Sequence record: SRR2962707_3740
Direction: 5' to 3' (one strand)
DNA length: 62,912 nucleotides
The notes under the pieces were generated by a model. That model was not told the DNA's origin and did not search any database. It saw nothing but the letters and a program-made list of their open reading frames with translations. The position numbers and the translations under genes are program-made. Positions 10,501-20,424 of the stretch are shown piece after piece. The number at the start of each line of letters is the position of its first letter. Within the stretch, counting starts at the first letter, position 1.

Positions 10501-10827
10501 GCGCTTACCAAGGGTCAGAAGCCGACACAGCCTTGCATAGGCCGCGCGATCTGTTGGGTAACACAACAGAGATGGCCCATCCATCGGATCAAGGCGACAG
10601 CCCACCACATACTTCAATCGGTCCTGATAATGGCGATGGGCCGTATGACCCCGCACGATCCCCGCCAGTGTGTTGCAATCGGTTATGGCCATGGCATGCA
10701 GGCCTTTGACGGCAGCGGTAAGCACCAGTTCTTCGGCATGGGATGCGCCGCGCAGGAATGAAAAATTGGTGCTGACCTGCAGTTCGGCATAAGCAGGAAT
10801 ATCGGGTGTCGAGATGTGGTTATTCAT
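7525..10827 (-). CDS. dnaE2: Error-prone DNA polymerase III alpha subunit DnaE2 (ImuC)
   Basis: YAELQ..TNFSFLRGASH PHP start, GRGSAANS, PPDIDVDFEHERREE, YGFPESHA, RQRPGTASG OB fold; start ATG 10827 just after imuB stop. Confidence 0.97.
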   Translation of the reverse strand: MNNHISTPDIPAYAELQVSTNFSFLRGASHAEELVLTAAVKGLHAMAITDCNTLAGIVRGHTAHRHYQDRLKYVVGCRLDPMDGPSLLCYPTDRAAYARLCRLLTLGKRRAPKGSCEIYISDIIEHSQDLLFIAVPPQVPDDDFRAELIALKAHFGPRLWLSVGRFMDGFDSERLAFTESIEADLGIPAVVTNDVHMHQRSRKPLQDVLTCIRHHCTIEEAGYRLFPNGERHIKSPREMARLFPDHPHWLARTVEIADQCTFSLSELRYEYPDENDGSGEGTQERLIRLTWKGAQKRYPDGVPNKVRNLIEAELKLIDELGYAPYFLTVHDIVAFARSRGILCQGRGSAANSSVCFCLHVTSVDPDKVQLLFSRFISNARSEPPDIDVDFEHERREEVIQFIYQRYGRERAGLTATVISYRSRSAIRDVGKVFCLSEDTIVKLTKTIWGSSSKGAHDEMMRQSGIHPDEPRLKAVLDLAGELTGFPRHLSQHVGGFVITRGPLCELSPIANAAMADRTTIEWDKDDIDALGILKVDILALGMLTCIRKALDHLRDHKNINFDLATLPHEDAATYRMLAKADSIGTFQVESRAQMSMLPRLKPQSIYDLTIQVAIVRPGPIQGGMVHPFLQRRMGREKVDYPSPELKAVLERTCGVPLFQEQAMQIAIVAAGYSGGEADNLRRAMATFKRTGTISEHRDKFINGMLKNGYDMNFAERCFKQIEGFADYGFPESHAASFAILAYASSWLKCHHPDVFLCALLNSQPMGFYAPAQLVNDARNHGVRVLEIDINHSFWDNQLEREMGRASGYHSVRLGFRQIKGFGALDALSLISNRPASGFQDVYLMARQTGLSPAALEKLAEADAFGSLGLSRREALWAVRRFGKGRKAPSALPLFEAAQNFNHNMGVSAEFGAEAPVDLPIMGPGEEIIEDYASLRLSFKGHPMSMLRDALGGAGVCRASDLSSIRDGERLTHAGLAIVRQRPGTASGVVFITLEDETGITNLVVWSKVMEKYRREIMTATVLGVAGKLQREDGVTHIIADKLVDLTGMLQGLTDNAKIARSNNTHPRNLRWANGLDHLNQPHTSKTQDVPNLKIDSHDFH

Positions 10828-10831
10828 TGGA

Positions 10832-12448
10832 TCATCCTGCAAATAATCCCTGGACAGACCAGATATCCTGACCGGCATGGCCGCTTCGAAACAGCCACAG
10901 CATCCGGCCGTTCTGATCACAGATACGGAAATAATCACGCGTCATGTGCGACAACGCGTAATTATCCCGATCCAGATTTTCCCACCATTCCGGGCATATG
11001 CGTTCTGGTCCCTCGGCACGCAGGACATCAATCATCATCTTGCGCCAACGGAGTTTGCTGGGCGCGCCCGATGCGGTGCGTTCGATTACATCAACCGGTT
11101 CGGGCGGATCAATCAGGCGGACCGGACGGCGCGGCAGGGGGGCATCCGCCAACCGGGATGGTTGTCTGGCTGTTCCGGTTGGGGATTGGCGAATGGCCGC
11201 ACGTTCTGGCAGATGACTTGCGTGATGGGCGGGGCGATACAGGATATCGCGTGGGCCAAGATGATGGCTGATGCGGTCAAGCAACTGGGCCAGTGCGATG
11301 GTATCGCTGCTGTCATCCTGTTTGCGATCAAGGCGGACCTGCCGAAAGGCAACATGTTCGACCCATGGCGCATAAAGGATGACGTGCTCAACGCCAAAAC
11401 CGGTATCGACACCGGGCATTTTTTCCGCCAGCAACCGCAGGATATGGCCTGCGGACTGGCATGGGGTTCCGGTTGTTGTCGTGATGGTGTGTGCTTGTCC
11501 ATCCACCCGGACACAGCGCAGGATCAACCGCCGCAGACCAAGATTATCGGCGCGAAGCCCGGAACACAGCTTTTCCATCATGCTTTCAACCGCATGGGCC
11601 AGATTGGTGGCATCGCCCAATGGTTCGCCAAAGCTTTGGCGGATCAACCACGGATGATCCGGAAGTTCGAAATTCAGATGTTCGGGCAGACGGCCATAAA
11701 ACTGATCAAGGCGTTGCAAAACATCTGGTCCCAGCCGGGTGGTGATGTTGGCACGCGGTAGTGGTGTGATATCGCCCAGATGTTTCAATCCAAGACGCGA
11801 TAAAAGGGCGATAACGTCATCAGACAGGCGTAAGGATGAGACTGGAAAACCTGCCGCAATCGCGTGATCGGCCGGCAATGACAGAATGCGGTCCGATGCT
11901 TGGCCCGGATGACAGCGCGCTGCTGCCCAGGCGGCTCCTGCCGTATCAGCAATGGCCACGCGTGCGCCATATCCCCGGCTTTTCATATCCCGAAGGATAT
12001 GCGCAATCATCGCCCCCTCACCGCCAAACAAATGGCTGCCGCCGGTGATTTCAAGCCACAAACCCGCATCCCCGTTCAGGGTCCTATCGTGCAATTCCCG
12101 ATCCGGAGCAACCCATGGACTATACCGATCCATCCCCCGGATCATACGGGCAAGATGAGTTTCATACATATCAGGTTGTTCAGAGGTATTATGTAGATCC
12201 GGTAGGATGCTTCTTGCATCTGACAAACGCATGCCCCCCTGCAATCCGACCTGTTGAGCAACGGCATTCAACCCGCAAACAAGCACGCCCTTATGATCCA
12301 CACGGGTGAGAACATGCGGGACATCATAGGGTTCCATTTCGGTGGTCTGACTGCCGGGTTCTCGCGGGTGATCAGGCGTGGATATGCTGATCCTGTGACA
12401 GTCGGTTTTCCAGTGGGTCAGCCACAGATAGAGAAAACGTTGCTGCAT
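10832..12448 (-). CDS. imuB: ImuB, catalytically inactive Y-family polymerase
   Basis: GM.LSDAR, YSPWVAPD, GGSHLFGGE, GPERI.PEWW, RDYF, W.VQGLF; lies between imuA and dnaE2. Confidence 0.93.
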   Translation of the reverse strand: MQQRFLYLWLTHWKTDCHRISISTPDHPREPGSQTTEMEPYDVPHVLTRVDHKGVLVCGLNAVAQQVGLQGGMRLSDARSILPDLHNTSEQPDMYETHLARMIRGMDRYSPWVAPDRELHDRTLNGDAGLWLEITGGSHLFGGEGAMIAHILRDMKSRGYGARVAIADTAGAAWAAARCHPGQASDRILSLPADHAIAAGFPVSSLRLSDDVIALLSRLGLKHLGDITPLPRANITTRLGPDVLQRLDQFYGRLPEHLNFELPDHPWLIRQSFGEPLGDATNLAHAVESMMEKLCSGLRADNLGLRRLILRCVRVDGQAHTITTTTGTPCQSAGHILRLLAEKMPGVDTGFGVEHVILYAPWVEHVAFRQVRLDRKQDDSSDTIALAQLLDRISHHLGPRDILYRPAHHASHLPERAAIRQSPTGTARQPSRLADAPLPRRPVRLIDPPEPVDVIERTASGAPSKLRWRKMMIDVLRAEGPERICPEWWENLDRDNYALSHMTRDYFRICDQNGRMLWLFRSGHAGQDIWSVQGLFAG

Positions 12449-13160
12449 CGGTTTTTACTTTCCAGCTTCCCGGTCGGACCCCGCGTCCCCCGATCAGGCT
12501 GAGATAATGCATATTCCCTGTCATGTTTGGTTGCGTGCCGAGAGCAGGCTCAATCTTCCAGCGCGTCAATGCACTTGATGGCATCAACCGTCCGGCATGT
12601 GCTGATGCCCGGCGAAGAACAATCATGCGCGTCCCGCCCGCCTCACAGGCCAGTTGCAACCTCCGCGCTGCAGTCAGGTCATAATCCGTGGTTTCCAGAA
12701 TGATCGATGCGACCTGCCCGGACTTGGCAACCTCCTCACCCGACCAAAGTGCTGTGATCTGCTGATCAACTGTCAGCATCAAGGGCCGTGGCATGGTGCC
12801 TGGGCCCACCGGCAAGGCCAGATGATAAAACCCACCCTGATCAATCGCACGTCTCTGTCTGATCCAGAAGACTGATCTGGGAACCGTCTCTGCTTCGGGC
12901 TGTGCCTGCGCAACATTGGCCAGATACCATGACAGAATCGATGCTGCCCCGGCATCATGACTGCAGACCACCTCATGCAACCCCACCGGAGCAAAGCCAC
13001 CGGCGCTGATGTTGCGCGCTAACGCCATATCTCCAAACGCATGTGTGATTACACTGCTTGCTGCACCTAAAGACGATGCAACATTTCCTCTCCCCTGCTT
13101 CTCAGCCCGTGCCAAAGCAACACGCGCATCTTTGAGTCGCTCAGCCAGCATCACATCCAA
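12372..13160 (-). CDS. imuA: ImuA (degenerate RecA/SulA-like mutagenesis protein)
   Basis: GLHEV, ALWSGEEV, DLTAARRLQLACE, SSALTRW; first gene after the SOS box. Confidence 0.85.
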   Translation of the reverse strand: MDVMLAERLKDARVALARAEKQGRGNVASSLGAASSVITHAFGDMALARNISAGGFAPVGLHEVVCSHDAGAASILSWYLANVAQAQPEAETVPRSVFWIRQRRAIDQGGFYHLALPVGPGTMPRPLMLTVDQQITALWSGEEVAKSGQVASIILETTDYDLTAARRLQLACEAGGTRMIVLRRASAHAGRLMPSSALTRWKIEPALGTQPNMTGNMHYLSLIGGRGVRPGSWKVKTDAATFSLSVADPLENRLSQDQHIHA

Positions 13161-13171
13161 ACAAGATCAAT

Positions 13172-13186
13172 GTTCACTATTTGTTC
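13172..13186 (-). promoter_or_regulatory. Alphaproteobacterial LexA (SOS) box
   Basis: GTTC-ACTATTT-GTTC (GAAC-N7-GAAC on minus strand) 11 bp upstream of the imuA ORF start. Confidence 0.9.
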
Positions 13187-13404
13187 TTATTTAGGCGCGA
13201 CACACCCCAGAGTCAAATCAAAAACTGTGCTGATCTTTTCAACCTGCTTGTAAATGGCCGCAGTTATAAAAGCCGCGCGGTCCGCAATACCATCCCCAAA
13301 ATGTCCGCGACACCGCCCAGACAAACACGCCCAATTCATCCCCCAATAAGAAGTTACCCATTGGGTAAAGCAGGTTCCTGAAACCTCAAATCTGGTAAAA
13401 CCAT

Positions 13405-13860
13405 TCACAAAACTTGGTACACAGACACGTAAACAGTACTTTTTTCACGTCGGCCGGATCCGACAAAAATGCGATGGTTAAGCCAGGCATATCGTTCGTC
13501 CCCGGTTTCGAACCGGGGTTGGGTGCGCATGTAATATTTTGACGGATCAACATGCTCGCCGCGTGCAAGAGCAGCCAATACGTCTTCGGGTCCATGCCGA
13601 TATCCGAAATTGCGGATGTCAATCAGCGCGCCGTCATAGGTTTCAATACAATAGCGGGTATCGAGTTCAGCAACACCGTTTTCAAAAACAGTTTGCCAGT
13701 CCGCCCCGAACGACAGAACCTTTCCATTCAAATGCTTGCCTTCAACATGCCCGCCGATGATCGGGATAATCTTTCGGGCGCCGCGCATGGAATTCCCAAG
13801 CTCCATCGGCGCTTCCAACGCCACCGTCAGATCACAAAAATGTTCGAGTTCGGGCTTCAT
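13405..13860 (-). CDS. DUF3237 / UPF0311 family protein
   Basis: IIPIIGG.VEG..LNG.VL.FGADWQ, YYMRT.PRFETGDERYAWLN. Confidence 0.9.
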   Translation of the reverse strand: MKPELEHFCDLTVALEAPMELGNSMRGARKIIPIIGGHVEGKHLNGKVLSFGADWQTVFENGVAELDTRYCIETYDGALIDIRNFGYRHGPEDVLAALARGEHVDPSKYYMRTQPRFETGDERYAWLNHRIFVGSGRREKSTVYVSVYQVL

Positions 13861-13869
13861 GGCACTCCC

Positions 13870-15165
13870 CTAATTCATGGTCATCGGTAAGAAAAGAACG
13901 ATAGACGGCACTGCAACCAGCAAGATCAGGCGGATGATATCCACCGCAACAAACGGGATCACACCCCGGAACACCTTTTGCAAGGGCACGTCGCGGGCAA
14001 TCGAGTTGATCACAAAAACGTTCATCCCGACGGGCGGCGTAATCAATCCGAGCTCGACCGTCATCACAACAATGACGCCAAACCAGATCGGATCAAATCC
14101 AAGCTGGGTGATGACCGGAAACACAATCGGCACCAACAGGATAATCATGGCCATGGCATCAAGAATGCAGCCCAGAAGCAGGAAAAAAATCAAGATCAAC
14201 GCTAGGGTCGGATAGGCGCCGATATCAAGCCCCACCAGCCATGCCGTTATTTTCTGCGGTGTTTGGGTAATTGCGAGGAAATAACCAAACAGGATCGCCC
14301 CGATCAGAATGGTATATATTGCAACAGATGTTCTGAGGGCTTCGACAAGGCTTTCAAGGATACCACGCCATCCCAATCGCCCCCGCAAGACACCAATTAA
14401 CGCGGTTAGCACCGAACCAACCGCTGCCGCCTCTGTTGCGGTTACCACGCCAAGATAAATGCTGCCGATGATAGTGATGAACAACACCAACACCGCCCAG
14501 ACATCCTTGAGCGAACGGATCGCACGGCGGAGATCAAATGCATCGCCCGCCGGTAAATTGCGGGCATAGGCCACACGCACGGCCAGCATATACATAATGA
14601 TCGCAAGGATCCCCGGGACGATCCCGGCGATGAACAGCTTGCCAACATCCTGTTCGGTAATGAAGGCATAAACCGCCAGAACAACCGATGGCGGGATCAG
14701 GATCCCAAGCGTCCCGCCCGCGGCAATCACCCCGGTTGCCACATGGTCCTGATAGCCATTGCGTTGCATTTCAGGCAGCGCAACCTTGGTCATGGTCGCC
14801 GCCGTTGCGACCGATGATCCCGATATCGCGGCAAATCCGGCACAGGATGCAATCGTTGAAAGCGCCATCCCGCCGCGAAACGCCCCAAGCCACGCCTGTC
14901 CGGCACGAAACAGTTCGCGCGACATGCCGGAATTAGTGGCAAGCACGCCCATCAAAATGAAAAACGGTATCAGGCTCAGATTAAAGTCGGTAATCGTACG
15001 AATTGGCGATTGCGCCAAAAGGTTCAAAGCCGGTCCTGGCCCGACAATCGCGGCAAATCCCCCAACACCGACAATCCCCATGGCGATGCCAATCGGCACG
15101 CGCAAAACCATCAAGGCAAACAGGGCAACAAAGCCGCCCAACGCAACAAAGTCGGCTTCAGCCAT
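13870..15165 (-). CDS. dctM: TRAP transporter large permease
   Basis: SGSSVATAATM, AAGGTLGILIPPS, ELGLITPPVG; start ATG 15165 overlapping the dctQ end. Confidence 0.95.
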   Translation of the reverse strand: MAEADFVALGGFVALFALMVLRVPIGIAMGIVGVGGFAAIVGPGPALNLLAQSPIRTITDFNLSLIPFFILMGVLATNSGMSRELFRAGQAWLGAFRGGMALSTIASCAGFAAISGSSVATAATMTKVALPEMQRNGYQDHVATGVIAAGGTLGILIPPSVVLAVYAFITEQDVGKLFIAGIVPGILAIIMYMLAVRVAYARNLPAGDAFDLRRAIRSLKDVWAVLVLFITIIGSIYLGVVTATEAAAVGSVLTALIGVLRGRLGWRGILESLVEALRTSVAIYTILIGAILFGYFLAITQTPQKITAWLVGLDIGAYPTLALILIFFLLLGCILDAMAMIILLVPIVFPVITQLGFDPIWFGVIVVMTVELGLITPPVGMNVFVINSIARDVPLQKVFRGVIPFVAVDIIRLILLVAVPSIVLFLPMTMN

Positions 15166-15754
15166 GATTGCCCCCGGCCGTGGTTTTCTGATCTTTTTTG
15201 TGTTTTGTGCCGGCGACGTCATCCTTATCGTGTGCAGCATCCGCCGGTTCAAAATCATCCAGACCGGCCCCCGATACTGCAATCATCAATGCACGGGCAA
15301 GAATGGTCAGCATGCTGACCGCAACACCCAGCCAGATCAGGGCCATAACCGGCCAGACAGGTAATTGCAGATCAAACGTCGTTTCACCGCTGTTATAAGC
15401 ACTGGTGACACGCGTCATCATTTTCCAGCACAGCAAACCGGTAAAGCCAAGCAGCACCAGCCAGGCAAAGAAATCCGTCCAGCGCCGAACAGGTGCCGGT
15501 AGCATCAAGGCAAACAAATCCACCTTGATATGGGATCCGCGATAACCGACACAGGCAAATCCCCACATAATGACCACGCCAAGAAACAGCCGCGAAAAGT
15601 CAAAGGCATCAGGGATCGGCCAGGCAAATAAATACCGGCCAATTGCAGATGCCAGAACAAGAAGCGTAATCACCGCAAGCAAGACAGCCGAAACTGTCTC
15701 GACCTTGCGTGAAAACGCATCAAGAAATCGAATGGAATGACGAAGAACCTGCAT
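15158..15754 (-). CDS. dctQ: TRAP transporter small permease
   Basis: IGRYLFAWPIP, HIKVD; 4 TM segments. Confidence 0.9.
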   Translation of the reverse strand: MQVLRHSIRFLDAFSRKVETVSAVLLAVITLLVLASAIGRYLFAWPIPDAFDFSRLFLGVVIMWGFACVGYRGSHIKVDLFALMLPAPVRRWTDFFAWLVLLGFTGLLCWKMMTRVTSAYNSGETTFDLQLPVWPVMALIWLGVAVSMLTILARALMIAVSGAGLDDFEPADAAHDKDDVAGTKHKKDQKTTAGGNHG

Positions 15755-15822
15755 CTTGGTCGCTCATTTTAAAGGTATCGGCGGCACCTTCGCGCAGCAC
15801 CGCCGACACAAGACAAACATCA

Positions 15823-16842
15823 TCAGTATCTGGTGTTTTCCGCTTCGAGCGCGTCGATGAAGGCCTTATAAATCGCATCGGCATCACCGCCCTTTGCGGC
15901 AACACTTTCCCGCCACTGATCGACAAGCGGTGCCGCAGCGTCTCGCCATTGTTGCAGTTCTTCTGCGGTCGGCTGATAAAGTTCATGTTCACCGGACGCA
16001 ATCATCTTATCGCGGCCCGATGCTTCGTTCTCAGCCCATCCTTTGGAAAAGCGTCCTGACCATTCGGGCGTGCAATGTTCGTCCATAACTTTGCGATTTT
16101 CCGCAGACAATCCATCATATTTGGCGCGATTGATCACAAGAATCTGGGACGACACATAGAACGGCATATCAAGGTGATATTTCGTTTCCTTGTCGATGCC
16201 AAAGATATACATGGAGTTCCATGGGAAGGTGATCGCATCCGCCGTTCCCTTGGCAATCGCTTCACGTGCTTCGGGGGCTGGCACCTGAACGCTGGCACCT
16301 CCCAAAAGATTGACAAAACGGGCCATCGTCGCATGTGCCGGGCGAACAGCATGGCCCTTGATGTCTTCAGGAACATGCACCGGCATTTTTGAATGGATGG
16401 TGCCCGGATCATGCGGATTTACCAGACAAAGTTTGACTTCCGGCATTTCCTGATCAGCGTAGTTGGCATACCATTTGTGAAGGGCTACTGCCCCGTTGAC
16501 CGCATCCTTCACATTGAACGGAATTTCCGTCATCCCATAAATCGGGAAGCGGCCCGCCTGATAGCCCGGATTGATATAGCCGATATCAGCAATGCCATCA
16601 CGGGTCATGTCATAGTGATCAGGTGCCGATCCAAGTTGCTGTGCCGGGAAAATAGTAAAGTCAATTTGCCCACCGGATGCTTCGCGAATGGAGTTCGTCC
16701 ATTCTTCAAGCCCCATGGTTTGCACCGGATGCGTTGGCGGAAGCCAGTGCGCAAGGCGGAAGTTCACTTCTTCGGCGGAAACCGAAGAAATGGCCGCAAA
16801 TGATGCCAAAGCAACCAGAGAACCAAGACGAAGTTGTTTCAT
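15823..16842 (-). CDS. dctP: TRAP substrate-binding protein, probably for aromatic (hydroxycinnamic) acids
   Basis: Signal peptide; HWLPPTHP, FPAQQLG..PDHYDM.RDG, PGYQAGRFP; located in the fcs cluster. Confidence 0.9.
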   Translation of the reverse strand: MKQLRLGSLVALASFAAISSVSAEEVNFRLAHWLPPTHPVQTMGLEEWTNSIREASGGQIDFTIFPAQQLGSAPDHYDMTRDGIADIGYINPGYQAGRFPIYGMTEIPFNVKDAVNGAVALHKWYANYADQEMPEVKLCLVNPHDPGTIHSKMPVHVPEDIKGHAVRPAHATMARFVNLLGGASVQVPAPEAREAIAKGTADAITFPWNSMYIFGIDKETKYHLDMPFYVSSQILVINRAKYDGLSAENRKVMDEHCTPEWSGRFSKGWAENEASGRDKMIASGEHELYQPTAEELQQWRDAAAPLVDQWRESVAAKGGDADAIYKAFIDALEAENTRY

Positions 16843-17021
16843 TGTTTCCTCCCTGAGAGAACTGGCACTGGTGCAATTATTTTCTGTGTCACCATGTTCG
16901 CCAGATGCTCGAACTGGCTATAAATGCAAATAATTACAAAGCATAACAATCTGCATAAACAGCCCTAAAACGGGCCTTAAACAACGGACCCGGTTAAATT
17001 CACGTCACGCCCGATCTCGGC

Positions 17022-17054
17022 AAAAGGGCAGAACAGATGATCTCTGTTCTGCCC
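17022..17054 (-). terminator. Rho-independent terminator after thiolase
   Basis: GGGCAGAACAGA-N5-TCTGTTCTGCCC with a minus-strand U-tract. Confidence 0.7.
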
Positions 17055-17063
17055 GTATCTGCC

Positions 17064-18314
17064 TTAGTCTAACTCAGCACGTTCAATCAGAACGGCGATC
17101 CCCTGCCCGCCACCGATACAGGCTGATGCGATACCATAACGCCCACCGGATTTGGCAAGTTCGCGGGCGAGCGTATTGGTAATCCGCACCCCGGTCGCCC
17201 CCAGCGGATGACCAATCGCAATCGACCCGCCATTGACATTTACCTTGTCCTCGTTAAGGCCAAGCTCGCGCATACACGCAAGAATTTGCGCCCCGAAGGC
17301 TTCGTTAATTTCGATCCGGTCCACCTGATCAAGTGACAAGCCGGTTTGATCAAGCAATGCCTGAATGGCCGGCACCGGGCCAATTCCCATAATTTCCGGC
17401 GGCACGCCGACCGAAACCCCGGCAACAATGCGCGCACGCGGCATCACGCCGTTCCGACGGGCATAGTCCGCACTGCCCAAAACAACACCTGCTGCACCAT
17501 CGACCACGGCCGATGAATTACCGCCGGTCTGCACCCCGCCAAAGGCCGGGCGGAGCTTGGCCAGAATGTCATAAGGGGACGGCCGGATATGACTATCTTT
17601 GTCCACCAGCTCAACATTGCGCGGCAGCTGAATGGACCGTGCATTTCCGCCATCGAACGCAAAGGTTTCGTTGGTGACAGCGGCAATCTCCCCGGCAAGA
17701 AATCCGCTTTCCTGTGCGCTCACAGCGCGGGCAAAACTGCGTTCGGCAAAGCGGTCAACTTCTTCGCGGGTAATGCCATATTTCTTGGCCAGATTTTCTG
17801 CCGTATCGCCCATCGTGCAACTGACAGCCGGGTCCATCAGGGCTTCCCACAGGAAGTCCTTGAATTCGACCTGCCCCATCCGAAAACCGCTGCGATGGGT
17901 ATAGGCCGCAACCGGATTGCGGCTCATGGATTCTGTGCCGACACATAGGGCAAGATCACCACGCCCCAGTGAAATATGATCAGCGGCCTGCAAAATCACT
18001 TCGATCCCGGTGCCACAAATCCGCTGGACAAGATGGGCGGGGCGGTCCACCGGCACACCGGCATAAAGACCGATATGGCGCGGCGTCATATAGGCATCAA
18101 AGGATGCCTGCGCCATCGAACCCGCGACGGTAAAATCAATGTCCGATGCCCGCACACCGGCATCTTCGATCGCGGCACGGGCCGCCTTGATGCCAAGATC
18201 AATTGGCGACACTTTGCCGAATGCACCGATGTAATCGACAAACGGCGTGCGCTTTCCACCCAACAGCCAGACATCTTCAAACTCGGTCCGAAGACCTTTT
18301 GCTTTGGCGGTCAT
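17064..18314 (-). CDS. Acetyl-CoA C-acyltransferase (beta-ketothiolase)
   Basis: QRICGTG (catalytic Cys), [21 protein letters not shown]. Confidence 0.95.
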   Translation of the reverse strand: MTAKAKGLRTEFEDVWLLGGKRTPFVDYIGAFGKVSPIDLGIKAARAAIEDAGVRASDIDFTVAGSMAQASFDAYMTPRHIGLYAGVPVDRPAHLVQRICGTGIEVILQAADHISLGRGDLALCVGTESMSRNPVAAYTHRSGFRMGQVEFKDFLWEALMDPAVSCTMGDTAENLAKKYGITREEVDRFAERSFARAVSAQESGFLAGEIAAVTNETFAFDGGNARSIQLPRNVELVDKDSHIRPSPYDILAKLRPAFGGVQTGGNSSAVVDGAAGVVLGSADYARRNGVMPRARIVAGVSVGVPPEIMGIGPVPAIQALLDQTGLSLDQVDRIEINEAFGAQILACMRELGLNEDKVNVNGGSIAIGHPLGATGVRITNTLARELAKSGGRYGIASACIGGGQGIAVLIERAELD

Positions 18315-18315
18315 T

Positions 18316-20181
18316 CTATTTTTCCCTCTTGGCAATCAGGACACCGGCTGGCGATGGGTCGGTATAAAGCTCGGCAACCTTGTCAGCCCGCTTTGCCAAA
18401 ACGGCACGCTGATTGATGGATCCCTTGTCGGTGACCTCATGGGCATCGAGCTCCGGCGAGCTTTCGAGCAGGATCGCACGCGCAAGCAAGTTGGAACTCC
18501 CCGTTGCCTTGGTCGCAAGATCATTCAGGCATTTCTGAAAATGTGCCCGGACGGCCGGATGAGTTGCGATGTCACGCTCGTCTGCATGGGCCGGAAGATC
18601 CGGGCATAATTTTCGACAGGCTGTAAAATCCGCAAAAATCAGCGCACCAAGATAGTCCTTATCCAACCCTGCCAGAACGGCATCGCGGACATAGGGTGCA
18701 AAGGTTTGCGCAATGGCGGTCCGGATCGCAGCGGCATGCACCCATGTGCCGGTCGAAAGTTTGAAATCTTCACACACCCGCCCGTCAAACAGAAACCCGC
18801 GATTGGCATCGTCCGGATCAACAAATTTCAGCGCATCCCCGATCAAATAATATCCTTCGTCATCAAAGGATTCGCGGGTTTTGTCGGGCTGCTTCCAATA
18901 TCCCGGCGTAATGCTTGGCCCTTTAAGGCGGACTTCAAGTTTCTCCCCATTGGGGACAAGTTTCACATCAAGCCCGACAGCAGGCAGGCCGACACTTCCG
19001 GCCTGATTGACAGCCCACGTCGTGGTAAAGGCAAAGGGTGCTGTTTCGGTCGATCCATAACCGGTGACAATGACAATCTTTTCCCCGACCGTGTCTTGGG
19101 CGATATTTTCAAGATTGTCCCAGACATATTGCGACAGACCGGCACCGGCATATTGCATCAGTTTCAGCTTGGCAAAAAATGTCTCGCGCAGGGTCTGATT
19201 GTCACGCAGATGGTGGACAAGTGCCTCATAGCCCTTGGGAACATTGAAATAAAGCGTTGGCGAAATTTCGCAAAGATTGCGCACGGTTTCATGGATGCCG
19301 TCCGGCGTCGGTTTACCCTGATCAATATAAAAACTGCCGCCGTTATAAAGGGCGATGCCAAAATTATGGTTGCCGCCCGCTGTGTGATTCCATGGCAGCC
19401 AGTCGACCATCACCGGTGGTTCGTCCTGAAGGAAAGCCAGCGCATGGCGCAACATCATCTGGTTAAAACACAGCATCCGCTGGGTATTGATGACGGCCTT
19501 TGGCATCCCGGTTGAACCGGACGTGAACAGGAATTTGGCGATGGTGTCTTCGGTTATTTTGCTGTTTGCCAGATCAATGCCATTGGATTGTTGCGTTTGA
19601 CGCGCACTGGAAAAGACTTCGCATTCATACTGGGAAAGCGGATTTTCAACCACCAGAAGCCTAGCATCTTTTGGCATGACAGCCGCCAGCGCCTTGGCAT
19701 ATCTCGCGCCGTCATCAACAAAGATTAAACCGGGATTCAACAAATCACATATATGCGCCAGTTTGGCAAAATCCGTTGAGACCAGCGAATAGGCCGGTGA
19801 CACCGGCGCATACGGGATCCCCACATACATTGACGCCAGCGCAAGCAAGCCATGCTCAAGACTGTTCCCAGAAAGGATCAAAACCGGGCGATCTTCCGAC
19901 AGGTCAAGATCAATCAGATATTGTGCAAGGTTGCGCACTTCATCGCGGGTTTCCCGATAGCTGCGTTTCTGCCAGGAACGGGATTGGTCCCGATCAGCTA
20001 GAAACAGGCGATCGGGGACTTCCTTTGCCCAGTAATCCAGTCGGTCAGTGATGGCGCGCGGATATTCATCGGGCGTCTCAACCGAATGAATATAGATCGT
20101 GCCGTTGTCATTTTTTGACACCGAAACACGTGTATCGCCCATGCGAACCGGACGCAGTCCGGGTTCAGCAATCATCGGCAT
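18316..20181 (-). CDS. fcs: Feruloyl/hydroxycinnamoyl-CoA synthetase
   Basis: FTSGSTGMPKAV, DWLPWNHTAGGNHN, GYGSTET, GRVCEDFKLSTGTWV, EVTDKGSINQRAVL are characteristic of Fcs. Confidence 0.92.
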   Translation of the reverse strand: MPMIAEPGLRPVRMGDTRVSVSKNDNGTIYIHSVETPDEYPRAITDRLDYWAKEVPDRLFLADRDQSRSWQKRSYRETRDEVRNLAQYLIDLDLSEDRPVLILSGNSLEHGLLALASMYVGIPYAPVSPAYSLVSTDFAKLAHICDLLNPGLIFVDDGARYAKALAAVMPKDARLLVVENPLSQYECEVFSSARQTQQSNGIDLANSKITEDTIAKFLFTSGSTGMPKAVINTQRMLCFNQMMLRHALAFLQDEPPVMVDWLPWNHTAGGNHNFGIALYNGGSFYIDQGKPTPDGIHETVRNLCEISPTLYFNVPKGYEALVHHLRDNQTLRETFFAKLKLMQYAGAGLSQYVWDNLENIAQDTVGEKIVIVTGYGSTETAPFAFTTTWAVNQAGSVGLPAVGLDVKLVPNGEKLEVRLKGPSITPGYWKQPDKTRESFDDEGYYLIGDALKFVDPDDANRGFLFDGRVCEDFKLSTGTWVHAAAIRTAIAQTFAPYVRDAVLAGLDKDYLGALIFADFTACRKLCPDLPAHADERDIATHPAVRAHFQKCLNDLATKATGSSNLLARAILLESSPELDAHEVTDKGSINQRAVLAKRADKVAELYTDPSPAGVLIAKREK

Positions 20182-20211
20182 GAAACGAAACCTCCAGTTA
20201 TCTTTTCTTAT

Positions 20212-20410
20212 TTGTTATAATTCATAACAATCATAAAACATTACATCAAGAGCAATATCTTATGACGTTCATTATTATGGGACGGGTTCTCTGAAATGAT
20301 TATATTGATCACGCGCGTGTAAGAACAAATTTTCTTCATATTCCATGCCCCTAAAGGCAATTGACGCCGTGAATTTGATGTGTAAACATAATTGTTATAA
20401 AACATAACAA
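20212..20410. promoter_or_regulatory. Two MarR (CouR-like) operators TTGTTAT-N5-ATAACAA in the divergent fcs/SDR promoter region
   Basis: TTGTTATAATTCATAACAA at 20212-20230 and TTGTTATAAAACATAACAA at 20392-20410. Confidence 0.8.
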
Positions 20411-20424
20411 AATTGGGTAAGGAA

